The notes below the pieces were generated by a model. That model was not told where the DNA came from. It saw only the letters and a list, made by a program, of their open reading frames with translations, and did not search any database. A stretch of DNA of 64,000 nt from Squalus acanthias. Its lineage: Eukaryota. Numbering within the stretch: the stretch's first letter is position 1; every line of letters begins with the position of its first letter. The stretch lies in NCBI GenBank assembly GCA_030390025.1, contig JASTWF010000037.1, forward strand, positions 124,001-188,000, given 5' to 3'. The translations under genes were made by a program, and so were the position numbers. Positions 63,570-64,000 of the stretch are shown here, piece after piece.

Positions 63570-64000
63570 AACAACACATCGCATTTATCCAGCGCCTTTA
63601 ACGTAGTAAAACGTCCCAAGGCGCTTCGCAGGAGCGATTATCAGACAAAATTTGACACCGAGCCACATAAGGAGATATTAGGGACAGGTGACCAAAAGCT
63701 TGGTCAAAGAGGGAGGTTTTAAGCAGCCTCTTAAAGGAGGAGAGAGAGGCGGAGAGGTTTAGGGAGGGAATTCCAGAGCTCAGGGCCCGAGGCAGCTGAA
63801 GGCACGGCCGCCAATGGTGGAGCGATTAAAATCGGGGATGCGCAAGAGGCCAGAATTGGAGGAGCGCAGAGATCTCGGAGGTTACAGAGATTGGGAAGGG
63901 GGCGAGGCCTCGGAGGGATTTGAACAATTTTAAAATCGAGGTGTTGCTTAACCGGGGTGGGGAGAGGGGGGGGCAACGCAGGTCAGCGAGCACAGGGGGT
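63570..64000 (-). mobile_element. L2 3' fragment in a NYAP1 intron
   Basis: Same L2 family. Confidence 0.8.

Overview
Repeat-saturated vertebrate genomic DNA. The repeat complement (HER1/CR1 LINEs, HE1 V-SINE, Deu-domain SINEs, a 67-bp satellite) points to a shark or other elasmobranch. The only host gene I can support is the 3' end of NYAP1 on the minus strand: two coding exons at 63327-63218 and 61539-61297, ending ...HTVLWDTAI*. The rest is CR1, L2, RTE and RTEX-like LINE fragments, SINEs, MITEs, and satellites of 10, 44, 45, 49 and 67 bp. Most long ORFs in the track are repeat artefacts. The most notable structure is a cluster of Penelope-like element (PLE) insertions from two families. 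They carry minimal type-I hammerhead ribozyme motifs, and several are fold-back palindromes flanked by 10-28 bp target-site duplications (TSDs). Two copies 31 kb apart share a captured ~150-bp GA/CT-rich tail. There is also an inverted segmental duplication with a CCAAT-box amplification, a 2-kb higher-order duplication in the 10-bp satellite, and several multi-level nested insertions. All family assignments are from recognition of sequence motifs, not from database searches.
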